A stretch of 64,000 nucleotides of DNA from the human T2T-CHM13v2.0 reference genome, Homo sapiens, in NCBI RefSeq assembly GCF_009914755.1, contig NC_060925.1. One strand, written 5' to 3'. The position numbers and the translations under genes were made by a program. Shown here piece by piece: positions 61,063-64,000 of the stretch. Numbering within the stretch: position 1 is the first letter of the stretch; the number at the start of each line of letters is the position of its first letter. The notes below the pieces were generated by a model. It had not been told where the DNA came from. It searched no databases and saw only the letters and a program-made list of their open reading frames with translations.

Positions 61063-62214
61063 TACACCTTGGTTTTGATACAGAAGTGCATTGAAGGATT
61101 AGAGAAGCAATCTTCCCAAATGATTCCACAAGTGTCTTAGAATGTAAGAGATGGGATTCTAGAGGGTCTGGAGAAAGACTGAATGGTGGGGAAGATGAAC
61201 AAAATATCTTGAAATTTGGTTCCAGCTTCTAGTCTGAATTGAAGCTCTTTTTCTAAGAGCGTATCTGAAATAGAAGTGTAAAGGGAAAAAAGCTCAATTA
61301 GTACAAGATTCATTCCAAGTTGAGCTAGAAGTGAAAGAACAGAAAGCTAAAAGCATCCCATATCTCAAATAGTCCTGAAAAGTGTACTCAATTTTGGCCA
61401 TAGACACGGAATCGAGCACATCTGTCATTTCCCATTGTTGTGAATGTCTTAAGGTTACCCAAACAAATGGTCAAAGAATATAGAAAAATCATACCAGTTT
61501 AGCAGAGTCTGAAAAGTCTACCTCAGATTTGGAAAGCAGCACAATGTTGTCAGGGGAAATTCGTTATTATTAGATTTAAACATTGCACATGATCATTATA
61601 TCAAAAGACAAGGCATTCAGTAAAACTTTATAAATCTCATGAAATGCTTGTTGCGAGCAGATACTTTGTGGAAACAAGTGAAGGAACAAAATCACGGCAG
61701 AGTACCAGAGACAGACAGAGGTGTCTAGGTAGGTGGAGAGGAAGCGTAAATTCAGTTGCCTACATTACTGACAAAAGGACTGCTTTGGCAAAATGTAAAA
61801 GTATATCTTATTATTGCTTTCTTTGGTTCAATCATGAAGGAAAAGTGTACCATCTTAGCAATTAAAATAAGTATGCCAATTTTTCTCTGAATTCTTTTAC
61901 AACAAGTGCCCTAGCAATTACTTCCTCTTTTCTTTATATCTCAAATTTCTATGGGTTTTACTTCTGCTAGCTACGAACATGGTCTGGAGAATTTTTCTTC
62001 TGTCATCCTACTCTATCAAGCTACTTTCCTCCCATAGCCATCTCTCTTCCTTTCATTATCACCATACTTCCCAAATAAGGACTCATTGCTTTCTCTACTA
62101 CAGTACCCATCCATCCCTTTGCCATTTTTTGACTGTTATATACCAATGATGCTTTTCTTTTAAATGGTAATACTACCCTGGTATTAGCCAAGTTTAATGG
62201 CCTTTTATGAAATC

Positions 62215-62769
<555 letters not shown>

Positions 62770-62869
62770 TAGCAAGAATGATGCGCTTTATTTCATTTAC
62801 ACCCTCCACAACATTATCCAGGGCTGGTCACAAAATTAAAATAATCATTATAATGACAATAATAATACA

Positions 62870-63090
62870 ATAATACTACTAACATTAACTGAGGGCTTGT
62901 CATTGCTGGGCAATGTGTCACGTGCTTTAAATGGATTAAATCACCAAAATCATAGGAACATCTGCATGAGATAGGTGTGATTATTGTTCCATTTTACAGA
63001 TGAGAAATCTAACCTTCAGAAGGGCAACTACGCAGCAATTAAGTGGCTGTGACAGAAGACAGATCTCAGCAGTTTAACTGGATAATAAAA
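62870..63090 (-). mobile_element. MIR SINE
   Basis: taacattaactgagggctt ... gtgctttaaatggatta ... attattgttccattttacagatgagaaa. Confidence 0.8.
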
Positions 63091-64000
63091 TTGTACTTTG
63101 TGTAAGTTATTTCTCAATTATCATTATAGTAAAAGCAAACATATGCATTTGTATTTATTTCCATATCGATGAGTTTCATGCTCAGAATTTTACTTTTAAA
63201 GAAAGGCTGTATTGGAGGAGTGGGAAGACAAGTCAGAGAAAGCTTTTTAGGGTTTCCATCCCTAAAACCTCAGCTCTTTTAAAAATAGACTATCACTTCT
63301 CCCTCTTTCCTAGGTGCCTTTTGAGAAACAATTAAATTATTGGACTACAACATCCAAAGTGTCTCAGAAAATAAAAGTGCCTTATGAGTGTGATAATGTT
63401 AAATTCACCTAATAAGGCAACCTAAAATAATTACTGCTAAAATATGTACTTGATAATTTCTACTTACACTAGATTCAAAACCCTTTAAGCATTTTTACTA
63501 TATAAAAAGTATATCCATTTTGTTTAAATAACTACAGTAATACCAGATTCTTTTAAGAAAATCCTTCTCAAATTTTTTTTAATTTAACTGACTGTAGAAC
63601 AAGGCTTGAGTAATAATCAGATTAACTGTGCAAAATGGCATTTTGGCCTTCTGTATTTAAAAAAAAAAGGAAAACTTATTTCAAACTCCAATAATGCCTC
63701 TAGCCTACACATTTGAATTCTATGTTGTTTCAATGAATATATAAGCAATTAAACATAGAAAATGTATTTTTAGAGAAACAGCAACTTTATATACCTAATG
63801 TGGGCACAGTCTGAATTGTCTTTGACACAGAGATAGACCAAATGACTTGATATGTTTTAGAAGAGAACAAGAGGTAGATGATCAACTGTATGTAGATAAA
63901 TACTAAATATACGTTGATATATTTCAGGTTATAATGGTACCCTCTACCCTTTCCCTCCTTCATTTGGCCACTGAGGGAAACATAATAACTGCTGATAATG

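Overview
AT-rich, CpG-poor primate (most likely human) genomic DNA that looks intronic or intergenic. I found no convincing protein-coding exon, functional RNA gene, CpG island or CRISPR-like array. The supplied ORFs are short and mostly come from Alu, L1, L2 or microsatellite sequence, or are chance open frames. Much of the window is layered transposon fossils: about nine Alu copies or fragments (most with visible TSDs), two 5'-inverted L1s, a large nested L1 complex at 17-21.8 kb, MaLR/ERV LTRs including a two-LTR MLT1 provirus and a THE1 solo LTR, L2/MIR/L3 remnants, and DNA-transposon relics. Repeat-poor unique blocks (~29.1-36.9 kb, ~44.7-49.1 kb, ~55.6-59.7 kb) look like candidate conserved regulatory DNA. 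The best leads are a near-perfect p53-family site apparently built by a 10-bp tandem duplication (42919-42938), a CTCF-like palindrome (46110-46131), a candidate minus-strand terminal exon (13481 to ~13320) and several mechanistic retrotransposition or mutation footprints. I do not see a wholly new biological system. Repeat subfamily names come from recalled consensus sequences, and coordinates of old repeats are approximate.
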